The notes under the pieces were generated by a model, which was not told the origin of the DNA, did not search any database, and saw only the letters and a list, made by a program, of their open reading frames with translations. Shown here in pieces: positions 16,459 to 24,494 of a stretch of DNA of 64,000 nucleotides. Source of the DNA: Acidobacteria bacterium RIFCSPLOWO2_02_FULL_65_29 (lineage in GTDB: Bacteria; Acidobacteriota; Vicinamibacteria; Vicinamibacterales; CAVVIG01). The stretch covers positions 11,391 to 75,390 of the forward strand of contig MEKT01000036.1 in assembly GCA_001767435.1 (NCBI GenBank), in the 5' to 3' direction. Numbering within the stretch: position 1 is the first letter of the stretch; each line of letters begins with the position of its first letter. The translations under genes were made by a program, and so were the position numbers.

Positions 16459-17793
16459 ATGCGCGCGCTCCTCGCGCCTTGGCCGCCGGACGCCTCGACA
16501 GCCATAATTACCAACGTGAGCGCCCCACAGCCCCCCTGGTATCGCCAGGTCACTGCCGACCAGTGGCGGGCGTTCTGGGCCGCCTATCTGGGATGGATGC
16601 TCGACGGTTTCGACTTCAACATCCTCGCGTTTGTCCTCGTGGACGTCCAGCGCAGCTTCGAGGTCGACAACGCGTTGGCCGGGGCCCTGCTCTCGATTGG
16701 CGCGCTCTTTCGCGTGATCGGTGGCGCGAGCGCCGGGGCGGCCGCCGATCGGTGGGGACGCAAGGGCCCGCTGATGTTCTCGATTCTCTGCTATTCGCTA
16801 CTGACGTTTCTGAGCGGATTCTCGACGACCTACCGCGTGCTGTTCGCCTGCCGGGCGCTCTTCGGCATCGGGATGGGCGGCGTGTGGGCGGCCGGCATGC
16901 CGCTCGCGCTCGAGCACTGGCCGGCCCATTTGCGGGGCCTGGCGTCGGGCCTCCTTCAGAGCGGCTACGCCACGGGCTACATGCTGATGGCGGTGGTGCA
17001 TCAAATCGCCTATCCGTTTCTCCGGGGAAGAGGCGACCTGGCGTGGCGCGCCTTCTTTTGGGCTGGTATCTTGCCGTCCCTGCTCGTGCTCTGGATCATG
17101 TGGCGTGTCAAAGAAAGCCCTGTGTGGCTCGAGCGTCAGCAACAGGTCAAGAGTGCCAGGGTGGCCGGCGAGCCCCGGAAGTTACAGACGTCAGGCTTTG
17201 TCAGCCTGTTCCAGGGCAGCCTGTTGCCCATCGTGATTCAGAGCACGCTCCTCATGGGGTGCCTGCTCTTTCTCTACAACTCGATTGCCTACCTGTATCC
17301 GACGCTGCTCCTCCGCGACATGGGACGGCAGACACTGCCCTTCGTCGTGGCGTTCAACATCGGCGGCATGACGGGCGCGGTGGCGTTCGGGCGCCTGTCG
17401 GAGACGTGGCTGGGGCGCCGCGGGGCCGCCGGGCTGGCAACGATCGTTGGCGTCGCCTCGATTCCTCTCTATCTCTTCAGCACCAGCGGTGCGCTCCTCG
17501 CGGCCGGCGCGTTGCTGATGGGATTTTTTGGGACGGGCAATTTCGGCGTGACCCCGACGTACCTGAGCGAGCGTTTCCCGACGGCGGTGCGTGCCGCCGG
17601 CGCCGGCTTCTCATATCAGGCGGGAGCGGCGCTCGCCGCGTTGGCTCCGACGCTCATCGGCGTGCTCCAGGATCGCGGGATGCCGTTGGCGTCTGCGATG
17701 GCGTGGTGCATCGCCGGGTCGGGCCTGGCGGTGCTCGTGCTGCTCGCGCTCGGTCCGGAAACGCGAGGGCGGAGCTTCAGCGCGACACAGTAG
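16459..17793 (+). CDS. MFS transporter
   Basis: 12-TM layout. GAAADRWGRKGP (MFS motif A-like), WRAFFW, and LSERFPTAVRAAGAGFSYQ. Start chosen at ATG 16459; the upstream extension overlaps the divergent gene. Confidence 0.8.
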   Translation: MRALLAPWPPDASTAIITNVSAPQPPWYRQVTADQWRAFWAAYLGWMLDGFDFNILAFVLVDVQRSFEVDNALAGALLSIGALFRVIGGASAGAAADRWGRKGPLMFSILCYSLLTFLSGFSTTYRVLFACRALFGIGMGGVWAAGMPLALEHWPAHLRGLASGLLQSGYATGYMLMAVVHQIAYPFLRGRGDLAWRAFFWAGILPSLLVLWIMWRVKESPVWLERQQQVKSARVAGEPRKLQTSGFVSLFQGSLLPIVIQSTLLMGCLLFLYNSIAYLYPTLLLRDMGRQTLPFVVAFNIGGMTGAVAFGRLSETWLGRRGAAGLATIVGVASIPLYLFSTSGALLAAGALLMGFFGTGNFGVTPTYLSERFPTAVRAAGAGFSYQAGAALAALAPTLIGVLQDRGMPLASAMAWCIAGSGLAVLVLLALGPETRGRSFSATQ

Positions 17794-17842
17794 AAGGACT
17801 TCGAGTCCACGACCGACTGATCGAACACGCGTCAAGTCCTTC
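17793..17842. terminator. 9-bp inverted repeat (GAAGGACTT / AAGTCCTTC) between convergent genes
   Basis: Arms at 17793-17801 and 17834-17842, between the MFS stop (17793) and the OMP stop (17857). Confidence 0.4.
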
Positions 17843-17863
17843 TCGCTTCTAACTTCTCACTTT
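17837..17863. repeat. tandem-word element W1, copy 2 (3' flank of the OMP gene)
   Basis: Sequence tccttctcgcttctaacttctcacttt. The segment gcttctaacttctcacttt (17845-17863) matches gctgctaacttcccacttc (18522-18540) at 16 of 19 positions, in the same orientation. Confidence 0.7.
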
Positions 17864-18501
17864 ATGGAAGCCCCCGCTCCGATCACGATAAACAGCGTCC
17901 TTGGACTGCCGGCGCGGCCGGCGAGCGGCGGGCCGGCATCGATCTGATGAAAACGGACATCGACCGTGAACGCGACGTGGCGCTTCGCGAACCAGCGCGC
18001 GCCGCCGCCGTAGTTGATGGTCCGCAAGCGTGCTCGATCGGCCGCCGATTCCTGACTGCCGTCCGGCACGATGGTCCACGACGAGGGTCCGATCCCGCCG
18101 CTCAGGTAGCTCCAGCCGTTGCCGTTCCCGAAATTCAACGAGAGCTGCGGCGTGAACGAGGCAAAACGTTCGGTCACCGGCCGCAGGCCAGACGCCTCGG
18201 GCGGCGAGCCGTGCGAGCGCGCCAGCGTGACCTGCGCCCCAAGACCAACGGTCACCTCCTTCCACCTGAAGACATAGAGGTGCGCGCCGGCGTCGACGCC
18301 CAGGCCTGAGCCGGGCAGCTCGCCGAGCGCCAACCCGCGGCTCTCGGCGAGTTGCGCATCCGGCTTGAACCTGGGAACGGCGCCGCGCACGTCGATCACG
18401 AAGGGGCCGATCGGCGGCGGCGGATCCTGCGCGGCGGCCGGCGCGGCCGGCAGGCCGAGCAGGACGAGGACGAACGCGCGCCAGATCACTCGAAAGTCCA
18501 C
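17857..18501 (-). CDS. outer-membrane beta-barrel protein (OmpW/OprG-like size class)
   Basis: GTG start. Signal peptide MDFRVIWRAFVLVLLGLPAAPAAAQ. The 190-aa mature part has an alternating beta-strand pattern rich in aromatic and Gly residues. Confidence 0.55.
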   Translation of the reverse strand: MDFRVIWRAFVLVLLGLPAAPAAAQDPPPPIGPFVIDVRGAVPRFKPDAQLAESRGLALGELPGSGLGVDAGAHLYVFRWKEVTVGLGAQVTLARSHGSPPEASGLRPVTERFASFTPQLSLNFGNGNGWSYLSGGIGPSSWTIVPDGSQESAADRARLRTINYGGGARWFAKRHVAFTVDVRFHQIDAGPPLAGRAGSPRTLFIVIGAGASIK

Positions 18502-18527
18502 GCGGCAGTCTATCGGATCGTGCTGCT

Positions 18528-18582
18528 AACTTCCCACTTCTGAGTTTCCACTTTTGACTTTTCACTTTTGAGTCTTCACTTC
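18528..18582. repeat. tandem-word element W1, copy 3 (5' flank of the OMP gene, divergent promoter region)
   Basis: Sequence aacttcccacttctgagtttccacttttgacttttcacttttgagtcttcacttc. Confidence 0.75.
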
Positions 18583-18605
18583 AGGCTGCGTTTTTCAGCA
18601 GCCTG
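18582..18605. other. hairpin CAGGCTGC-N8-GCAGCCTG, ending 6 nt upstream of the 18611 start codon
   Basis: 8-bp perfect stem with loop gtttttca. It could be regulatory for the dehydratase gene or part of the repeat. Confidence 0.5.
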
Positions 18606-18610
18606 CTAAA

Positions 18611-19591
18611 ATGTCTCCCGTCTTGCCGACTCCTCTGCCGGGCCGTCACATCGATCTCGCCTCCATCCGCGACGCGGCCTCGGCGGTGTACCTCGCCGCC
18701 ATCCGCACGCCTCTCGTACGAGTCGATCTCTCCGATCTCGGCGGGCCATTGCCCGAGCTGTATCTCAAGCTCGAGCTGCTGCAGCCGATTGGTTCGTTCA
18801 AGATTCGCGGCGCCTACAACGTCATCCGGCAGTTGAGGCCTGATGAGCTCGCCCGCGGCGTGTGGACCGTCAGCGCCGGCAACGCGGCGCAAGGCGTGGC
18901 GTTTGCGGCGCGCGCGGTTGGCGCCCCGTGCTCCGTGATGGTGATGGACACCGCCCCAGAAACGAAGATCCGAGCGATCGAGCGCCTCGGCGCGTCCATT
19001 GTCTCCGCCAGCTACGACGAATGCTGGCGAACGGTCGTCGAGCACGGCTCACCGCGCATGCGCGGCGTCTTCATCCATCCGTTCGACGACGACCGGTTCA
19101 TCGCCGGCAACGGCACGGTCGGGCTCGAGATCGTCGAAGACCTCCCAGAGGTGGACGCCATCGTCGCCCCGCTCGGCGGGGGAGGGCTGCTGTCGGGCAT
19201 CGCCGCGGCGGTCTCCGCACTCTGCCCGCACACGCGCATTTTCGCGGCGGAGCCTGACACCGCGGCGCCCCTTTCGGCGTCGCTCGGGGCCGGCCGGCCG
19301 CTGTACTTCGACGGCTGGAAGGCCTCCTTCGTGGATGGCGCCGGCGGCAAGTCGGTGCTCGACACCATGTGGCCGCTGCTTCACCCTCTCGCGGGCTCGA
19401 TTGTCGTGTCGCTCGACGAAGTGACGCGGGCCATGCGCCTGGTGGCCGAGCGCGCCCGGGTCATCGCCGAGGGAGCGGCGGGCTGCGCGGTGGCCGCGGC
19501 CCTCACCGGCCGGGCGGGCCGAGGTAAGATCGTGGCCGTCGTTTCTGGCGGCAACATCGACCTCGCCCGATTCGCGACGCTCATCGCATGA
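18611..19591 (+). CDS. PLP-dependent serine/threonine dehydratase family enzyme
   Basis: LQPIGSFKIRGAYN contains the SFKxRGA PLP-lysine motif. The GGGGL glycine loop is present. 326 aa. Confidence 0.8.
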   Translation: MSPVLPTPLPGRHIDLASIRDAASAVYLAAIRTPLVRVDLSDLGGPLPELYLKLELLQPIGSFKIRGAYNVIRQLRPDELARGVWTVSAGNAAQGVAFAARAVGAPCSVMVMDTAPETKIRAIERLGASIVSASYDECWRTVVEHGSPRMRGVFIHPFDDDRFIAGNGTVGLEIVEDLPEVDAIVAPLGGGGLLSGIAAAVSALCPHTRIFAAEPDTAAPLSASLGAGRPLYFDGWKASFVDGAGGKSVLDTMWPLLHPLAGSIVVSLDEVTRAMRLVAERARVIAEGAAGCAVAAALTGRAGRGKIVAVVSGGNIDLARFATLIA

Positions 19592-19710
19592 GATTGCAGA
19601 ATTGCAGAATGGCAGAATGGCAGAAGGGATCTAACGGGGCTTTCCTTCTGTCCCTTCTGCCTGTGACCCCTTCATTTTCTGCAATTCTGCAATCCTGCAA
19701 TCCTGCAATC
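19592..19710. repeat. 119-bp imperfect hairpin built from tandem (A/T)TGCAGAA / TCTGCAAT words (W4), copy 1
   Basis: Left arm gattgcagaattgcagaatggcagaatggcagaaggga. Right arm tcccttctgcc...ttctgcaattctgcaatcctgcaatcctgcaatc. It fills the gap between 19591 and 19713. Confidence 0.85.
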
Positions 19711-19712
19711 TG

Positions 19713-21860
19713 ATGAGTCGCTATTCAGGGTTGCCCCCGCTCCCCGAACAATTGAGCCGGCTGGACGAGCTGGCCGTCGATTTGTGGTGGAGCTGGAACC
19801 GCGAGGGCCGCAGCGTCTTCCGACGGCTCGACTACACGTTGTGGCGGGCCACGGCGCACAACCCGGTGCGCATGCTGTGGATGATTGCCCGCGCCAAGAT
19901 CGAGGCGGCTGCGGACGATCAAGATTTCGTCCAGCTCTATCAGCGGGCGATTTCGGCGCTCGACGGTGCGCGCGCCGCGCGCAATACCTGGTGGACGAAC
20001 CGGTTTCCCGACAACGGCGGCCAGACCATCGCCTACTTCTCCGCCGAGTTCGCGCTGCACCAGTCGCTGCCGATCTATGCGGGCGGTCTCGGCGTGCTCG
20101 CCGGCGACCACTGCAAGGAGGCGGGCGACCTCGGCGTGCCGCTCATCGGCGTCGGGTTCATGTACCCGCAGGGATACTTCCACCAGAACGTGTCGCAGGA
20201 CGGCTGGCAGGAAGAAGTCTACGAGCGCCTCAACTGGGCCGACGCGCCGATCGAACAGGCGCTGACGCCGGACGGCAAGCCCTGCGTGACGGCCGTGCCG
20301 CTGGGCGATCGGACCGTGCTCGTGGCGGTCTGGCACGTCCGCGTCGGACGCGCGAGTCTGTACCTGCTGGACACCTCGCTCGAGGAAAACGCGCCCTGGG
20401 ATCGCGAGCTGTCGGCGCGCCTGTACGGCGGCGATCGCGAAACGCGCGTCCAGCAGGAGATCATTCTCGGCATAGGGGGCGTGCGAGCGCTTCGGGCGCT
20501 CGGCGTCGAACCGGCGGCGTTCCACCTGAACGAGGGCCACGCGGGGTTCGTGGTGCTGCAACGCATTCGCGATCTGGTCGAGCAGGGATCGAGCTTCGAC
20601 GCGGCGCTGGAGGACATCCGCCGGACGACGATTTTCACGACGCATACGCCGGTGGCCGCGGGCCACGACGCGTTCCCGTTTTCGATCGTCGAAAAGCATC
20701 TAGCGGGATGCTGGGGCACGCTCGGCGCCAACCGCGATCGGTTCCTGGCGCTCGGCGCGTACGACAGCGGCGGCGGCGCGCTGTTCAACATGACGGCGCT
20801 CGCGCTCAGATCGGCGGGCGCGGTGAATGCGGTGAGCCGGCTGCACGGTGAGGTGACGCGCGCCATGTGGGCGCCGATGTGGCCTGGGGCCGCCGAAGCC
20901 GAGCGGCCGGTCACCTCGGTCACCAACGGCGTGCACGTGCCGACCTGGCTCGCCGCCGACATGTCCGACCTGTTCGCCAGGCATCTCGGCTCCGACTGGA
21001 TGGAACGACAGGACGATCCCGCGATGTGGGACGCGGTGCTCGCCATTCCCGACGCGGACCTGTGGGCGGTCCGCCAGGCGCTGCGACGGTACCTCTTCAC
21101 GTTCGTACGGGAACGGGCACGCCACCGGTGGACGGACGACCGCGTCGGCGCACCGCGCGTCGTCGCCGCCGGAACGCTCCTCGAATCGGACGCGCTGACC
21201 ATCGGGTTCGCACGCCGCTTTGCCGCCTACAAGCGGCCCGATCTCGTCTTCGCCGACGCGGAGCGGCTGGCGCGGATCCTGAACGCCCCGGAGCGGCCCG
21301 CGCAGATCATCTTCGCGGGCAAGGCGCACCCAGCCGACGATGTCGGCAAGCAGCACCTGCAGCACGTCTACAAGCGCGCGCTCGATCCGATGTTCGGCGG
21401 CCGCGTGGCCTTCGTGGACGACTACGATCTGCACGTCGCGCATTTCCTCGTGCAAGGGTGCGACGTCTGGCTCAATAACCCGCGCAAGCCGTTCGAAGCG
21501 AGCGGCACGAGCGGGATGAAAGCGGCCATCAACGGCGTTCCGCACTTGAGCATCGGCGACGGCTGGTGGGCGGAAGGATTCAACGGCAAGAACGGTTGGA
21601 CGATCGACGGCGGTTCCGCCGACAACCCAGACGTGGTTGACGCGCTCGATGCGGCCGCCTTATACGAGCTGCTCGAAAACGAGATCGTGCCGGCGTTCTA
21701 CGACCGGGGCGGCGACGGCGTGCCGCGGCGCTGGCTGACGACCGTGAAGGAAGCGATTCGCTCGGTGGCGCCGCGGTTCTCGGCGCGCCGCATGGTGAAG
21801 GAATACGCGGAGCGGATGTACATGCCCGCGCTTCGCGCGGAAAAAGAAGTCAAAAGTTAA
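19713..21860 (+). CDS. glgP: alpha-glucan (glycogen/maltodextrin) phosphorylase, GT35
   Basis: N-terminal LDELAVDLWWSWN. EASGTSGMKAAINGV contains the PLP-binding Lys motif. 715 aa. Confidence 0.9.
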   Translation: MSRYSGLPPLPEQLSRLDELAVDLWWSWNREGRSVFRRLDYTLWRATAHNPVRMLWMIARAKIEAAADDQDFVQLYQRAISALDGARAARNTWWTNRFPDNGGQTIAYFSAEFALHQSLPIYAGGLGVLAGDHCKEAGDLGVPLIGVGFMYPQGYFHQNVSQDGWQEEVYERLNWADAPIEQALTPDGKPCVTAVPLGDRTVLVAVWHVRVGRASLYLLDTSLEENAPWDRELSARLYGGDRETRVQQEIILGIGGVRALRALGVEPAAFHLNEGHAGFVVLQRIRDLVEQGSSFDAALEDIRRTTIFTTHTPVAAGHDAFPFSIVEKHLAGCWGTLGANRDRFLALGAYDSGGGALFNMTALALRSAGAVNAVSRLHGEVTRAMWAPMWPGAAEAERPVTSVTNGVHVPTWLAADMSDLFARHLGSDWMERQDDPAMWDAVLAIPDADLWAVRQALRRYLFTFVRERARHRWTDDRVGAPRVVAAGTLLESDALTIGFARRFAAYKRPDLVFADAERLARILNAPERPAQIIFAGKAHPADDVGKQHLQHVYKRALDPMFGGRVAFVDDYDLHVAHFLVQGCDVWLNNPRKPFEASGTSGMKAAINGVPHLSIGDGWWAEGFNGKNGWTIDGGSADNPDVVDALDAAALYELLENEIVPAFYDRGGDGVPRRWLTTVKEAIRSVAPRFSARRMVKEYAERMYMPALRAEKEVKS

Positions 21861-21873
21861 AAGTCAAAAGGAC
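21846..21873. repeat. tandem-word element W1, copy 4 (opposite orientation)
   Basis: gaagtcaaaagttaaaagtcaaaaggac is the complement of gtccttttgacttttaacttttgacttc. It spans the glgP stop codon. Confidence 0.7.
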
Positions 21874-21884
21874 AGAGAGGGGCC

Positions 21885-22484
21885 ATGAACAGACTGAGTG
21901 TGAGTGTGCTGGCGGTCGCCGTCTCGGCTGCGAGCGGCGGGCTGGCGCGCGTGGCGGCCCAGAGCGCACCAGCCACGATCACGGTCGAAAGCGCCGCGTT
22001 CAAGGACGGCACCACGATCCCCGACGATTACACGAGCTTCGGCAAGAACGTCTCGCCGCCGCTCTCCTGGTCCGGCGCTCCGGCGACGACCCGTCAGCTC
22101 GCCGTCGTCTGCCACGATCCCGACGCGCCGCTTCCCGGGGGGTTCACCCACTGGGTGATCTACAAGATTCCGGCGACCGCCAAGGGCCTGCCGGAAGGCG
22201 TGCCTCCCGGCGCCAGCGTGACCGCTTCAGGCATCGCCGGGGCCATTCAGGGCGCCAACGGCTTCAGCGCCTTCGCCCGTCGCGGGGGTCCGCCGCCGGA
22301 GCCGAGTTATCGCGGACCGGCGCCGCCGGCCGGTGCGCCGCATCACTATCACTTCGCCGTGTACGCGATCGACGGCGAGGTCGACCTGCAGCCCGGTCTC
22401 AACCGAAACGAGTTGCTCAAGGCCATCGAAGGACACATCGTGGGCCAGGGCGAGACCATCGGCCTCTATCAACGGAAACAATGA
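21885..22484 (+). CDS. YbhB/YbcL (PEBP, Raf-kinase-inhibitor-like) family protein, secreted
   Basis: CHDPDAP...GGFTHWVIYKIP and YRGPAPPAGAPHHYHFAVYA are PEBP signatures. Signal-like N-terminus. Confidence 0.85.
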   Translation: MNRLSVSVLAVAVSAASGGLARVAAQSAPATITVESAAFKDGTTIPDDYTSFGKNVSPPLSWSGAPATTRQLAVVCHDPDAPLPGGFTHWVIYKIPATAKGLPEGVPPGASVTASGIAGAIQGANGFSAFARRGGPPPEPSYRGPAPPAGAPHHYHFAVYAIDGEVDLQPGLNRNELLKAIEGHIVGQGETIGLYQRKQ

Positions 22485-22538
22485 CAAAGGCGAGGTTTGC
22501 CCTCTGCCCTTTGCCCTTTGCCCTTTGCCCTTTGTCCT
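22483..22538. repeat. six tandem heptamers (TTTGCCC consensus, W6) inside a GACAAAGG/CCTTTGTC hairpin
   Basis: 22497-22538 reads tttgccc tctgccc tttgccc tttgccc tttgccc tttgtcc. The outer arms are gacaaagg (22483-22490) and cctttgtc (22530-22537). It sits between convergent stops 22484 and 22537. Confidence 0.85.
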
Positions 22539-22938
22539 ACACCTTGTCACTGATCGGCGGATGGTGAATCACCTGCACCTTGTTGCCGTCGGGATCCCTG
22601 AAGTAGCAGGACCGCGCGCCGTCGCGGTGCGTGCGCGGTCTGGCGTCGAGCGTGACGCCGCGACTCTCCAGAAACGCCGCCCATCGATCGACGTCCTCGG
22701 CCGTTCGTACAATTACGCCGAGGTGATCGAGCGCACCGGCCGATGCCCCGCTTGCCGCGAGCGGCAACGCCCGATGGAACGCCAGATTGTCGATGCCCGA
22801 CGACAGATACACGTTGTCGACATCTGGCGCCCACTCGACGGTGAACCCGAGCAGCTCCACGTAAAACCGCTTCATCTCCTCGAGATGCCGGACGTTGAGC
22901 GCCAGGTGGCGCAGGCCGGCGTGGGGTGGCGGATGCAT
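22537..22938 (-). CDS. VOC (glyoxalase/bleomycin-resistance/dioxygenase) family protein
   Basis: LRHLALNVRHLEEMKRFYVELLGF, then HLGV and FRDPDGNKVQ, fit the beta-alpha-beta-beta-beta modules. I prefer ATG 22938; the track's TTG at 22953 lies inside the AT-rich repeat. Confidence 0.75.
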   Translation of the reverse strand: MHPPPHAGLRHLALNVRHLEEMKRFYVELLGFTVEWAPDVDNVYLSSGIDNLAFHRALPLAASGASAGALDHLGVIVRTAEDVDRWAAFLESRGVTLDARPRTHRDGARSCYFRDPDGNKVQVIHHPPISDKV

Positions 22939-22950
22939 GGAGATACAGTA

Positions 22951-23045
22951 CAATTAAGAAGTAGGAATTAGGAATTAAGAATTCGCGGCCGTATTGCCGT
23001 TGCCATTCTCTAATTCTTAATTCTTACTTCTCAATTCTTAATTAT
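22951..23045. repeat. 95-bp AT-rich hairpin built from AAGAATTAGGAATT words (W3), copy 1
   Basis: Left arm caattaagaagtaggaattaggaattaagaattc. Loop gcggccgtattgccgttgcc. Right arm attctctaattcttaattcttacttctcaattcttaattat. Confidence 0.85.
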
Positions 23046-23062
23046 AGAGTTCTTTACAGCGT

Positions 23063-23521
23063 ATGCCTCGCAAGTCGGTCGCCAAGTCACGGTGCGCCCT
23101 GTGCGGCGCCAAGGAAGTCTCCGAGCCCCGCGGCGAGGAGAAGTACTGCCGCGACTGCTGGGACAAGAAGATTGCCGTCGAGGAAATCGTCGCGCGCGAG
23201 TTCGCGCTGAAGCGTTACATCCGCGCCCACAGCGCCGAAAAATACCTGATTTACCACTCGACGCTCAAGCGGCCCTGCGGCCAGCTCATCGTCGTGGACG
23301 ACGGGTACGACCTCTTCCTCACCTTGATGCTCTACCCGAACTTCGGGTGGGATGAGCCCGCCTATCACCTCGAGGGCGATCCCGAAGGCCGGCTGTTCTC
23401 GGAGCTCCTCGTGGACGTCGTCGCCGCCGAGGTGATCGAGCCCTGGGGCGGCGGGAAGTGGCATATGGAGATTTTTCGTTCCGTCAACCCGGAGCCCGAG
23501 GACTGGAACGGAGAAATGTAG
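23063..23521 (+). CDS. hypothetical protein with an N-terminal CxxC...CxxC zinc-ribbon-like motif
   Basis: 152 aa with CALCGAKEVSEPRGEEKYCRDCW. I recognise no family. Confidence 0.45.
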   Translation: MPRKSVAKSRCALCGAKEVSEPRGEEKYCRDCWDKKIAVEEIVAREFALKRYIRAHSAEKYLIYHSTLKRPCGQLIVVDDGYDLFLTLMLYPNFGWDEPAYHLEGDPEGRLFSELLVDVVAAEVIEPWGGGKWHMEIFRSVNPEPEDWNGEM

Positions 23522-23531
23522 GCCGTTGCTG

Positions 23532-23537
23532 TATAAT
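23532..23537 (+). promoter_or_regulatory. candidate -10 box TATAAT preceded by TG
   Basis: ctgTATAATctg lies in the 57-bp gap upstream of ATG 23579, and an RBS ggagga lies at 23567-23572. No convincing -35. Confidence 0.3.
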
Positions 23538-23578
23538 CTGTTGCCGTTTTGGATCCGTTCATTCTCCGGAGGATTGCC

Positions 23579-24073
23579 ATGACTCGCGCGCGTATCGGGT
23601 TTGCCGCAGCCCTGGTGGCCAGCGCGCTCTGTGCAGACGCCGTGCTGACCGGCCAGGCCGTACAGGCGCCACAGTTGACCCCTGTGCTCGCCGGCAAGAA
23701 GTTCACACCGCCCGTGAAGGGTGAGGCCGCGGTCGAGTTCACGACCCCCAGGACCGCCAGGAAGGGCGACTCGGTCGTCACCACGATCACCGTTCGAAAC
23801 ATCTCGGCGCAGCCGATCGCTCGCCTCACGATCAACGAGGTCTGGTACGAGAAGGGCGGCTCGGTGCTCACCGCGGGCCGGGCCGTCATCAACGGCGTCA
23901 TCCAGCCGCAAGAGATCCAGACCATGACGATCAACACGCCGTGGAAGGCGGGCATGAACGCGAACAACTACTTGTTCAGCCATGCCAACGGCACCGTGAA
24001 GCCGCACCGGGTGCAGAAGCTCGAAGCGCTGAAGGAAGCGGCTGCGGCGGCTACGCCGCCCGCGAAGAAGTGA
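23579..24073 (+). CDS. secreted hypothetical protein
   Basis: Signal peptide MTRARIGFAAALVASALCADAVLTGQ. The mature part is beta-rich with a Lys/Ala-rich tail. Start chosen at ATG 23579, which has an RBS. Confidence 0.5.
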   Translation: MTRARIGFAAALVASALCADAVLTGQAVQAPQLTPVLAGKKFTPPVKGEAAVEFTTPRTARKGDSVVTTITVRNISAQPIARLTINEVWYEKGGSVLTAGRAVINGVIQPQEIQTMTINTPWKAGMNANNYLFSHANGTVKPHRVQKLEALKEAAAAATPPAKK

Positions 24074-24077
24074 AAGG

Positions 24078-24494
24078 TTATTGTGCGCGCTCGAACTTGA
24101 CGTCGCCGGGACCGCTCGGAAGCGCGACGATGTGATAGGCGGAGGTGAGGACCTGCGCGGTGACCAGTCCGCGCGGGGGCTGCGTCTCCCGATACTGCAC
24201 GATCAGGCTGGTGCCCTCGCCGCGCGTGCCGATGATCTCCACGGCAAAGCCGGCCGTCGGCCGGCTCCCCATGAACACGCCGACGACCATTTCGCGGGCG
24301 AAATCCACCTTGGGCTGCGGCCTATCGGGCGCGTGCTGCCGCCACAACGTGTTCCATTCGCTCGCCGTGCGCGCCACAACCTGCCGCGCATTGTCCATGT
24401 TGCTCTGATCGCCCTTGTCCAGCGCGCGAAGCGGCGGCCCGCCCTGCAGCGCCGCGGCGACGGCGAGCGCAATGAATATCGCCAGGGCCTTCAC
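24078..24494 (-). CDS. PrcB-C-terminal-domain-like secreted protein
   Basis: Signal peptide MKALAIFIALAVAAA. W..LW....P.VDFAREMVVGVFMGSRPTAGFAVEI matches my recollection of the PrcB_C pattern. The start overlaps the VWA gene stop by 4 nt. Confidence 0.5.
   Translation of the reverse strand: MKALAIFIALAVAAALQGGPPLRALDKGDQSNMDNARQVVARTASEWNTLWRQHAPDRPQPKVDFAREMVVGVFMGSRPTAGFAVEIIGTRGEGTSLIVQYRETQPPRGLVTAQVLTSAYHIVALPSGPGDVKFERAQ

Noticed and set aside
22497-22538. Tandem repeats considered as a possible CRISPR array (also the other word arrays)
   Set aside because: The units are 7-8 nt and contiguous, with no spacers. No cas genes are present in the window. These are micro-tandem repeats, not CRISPR.
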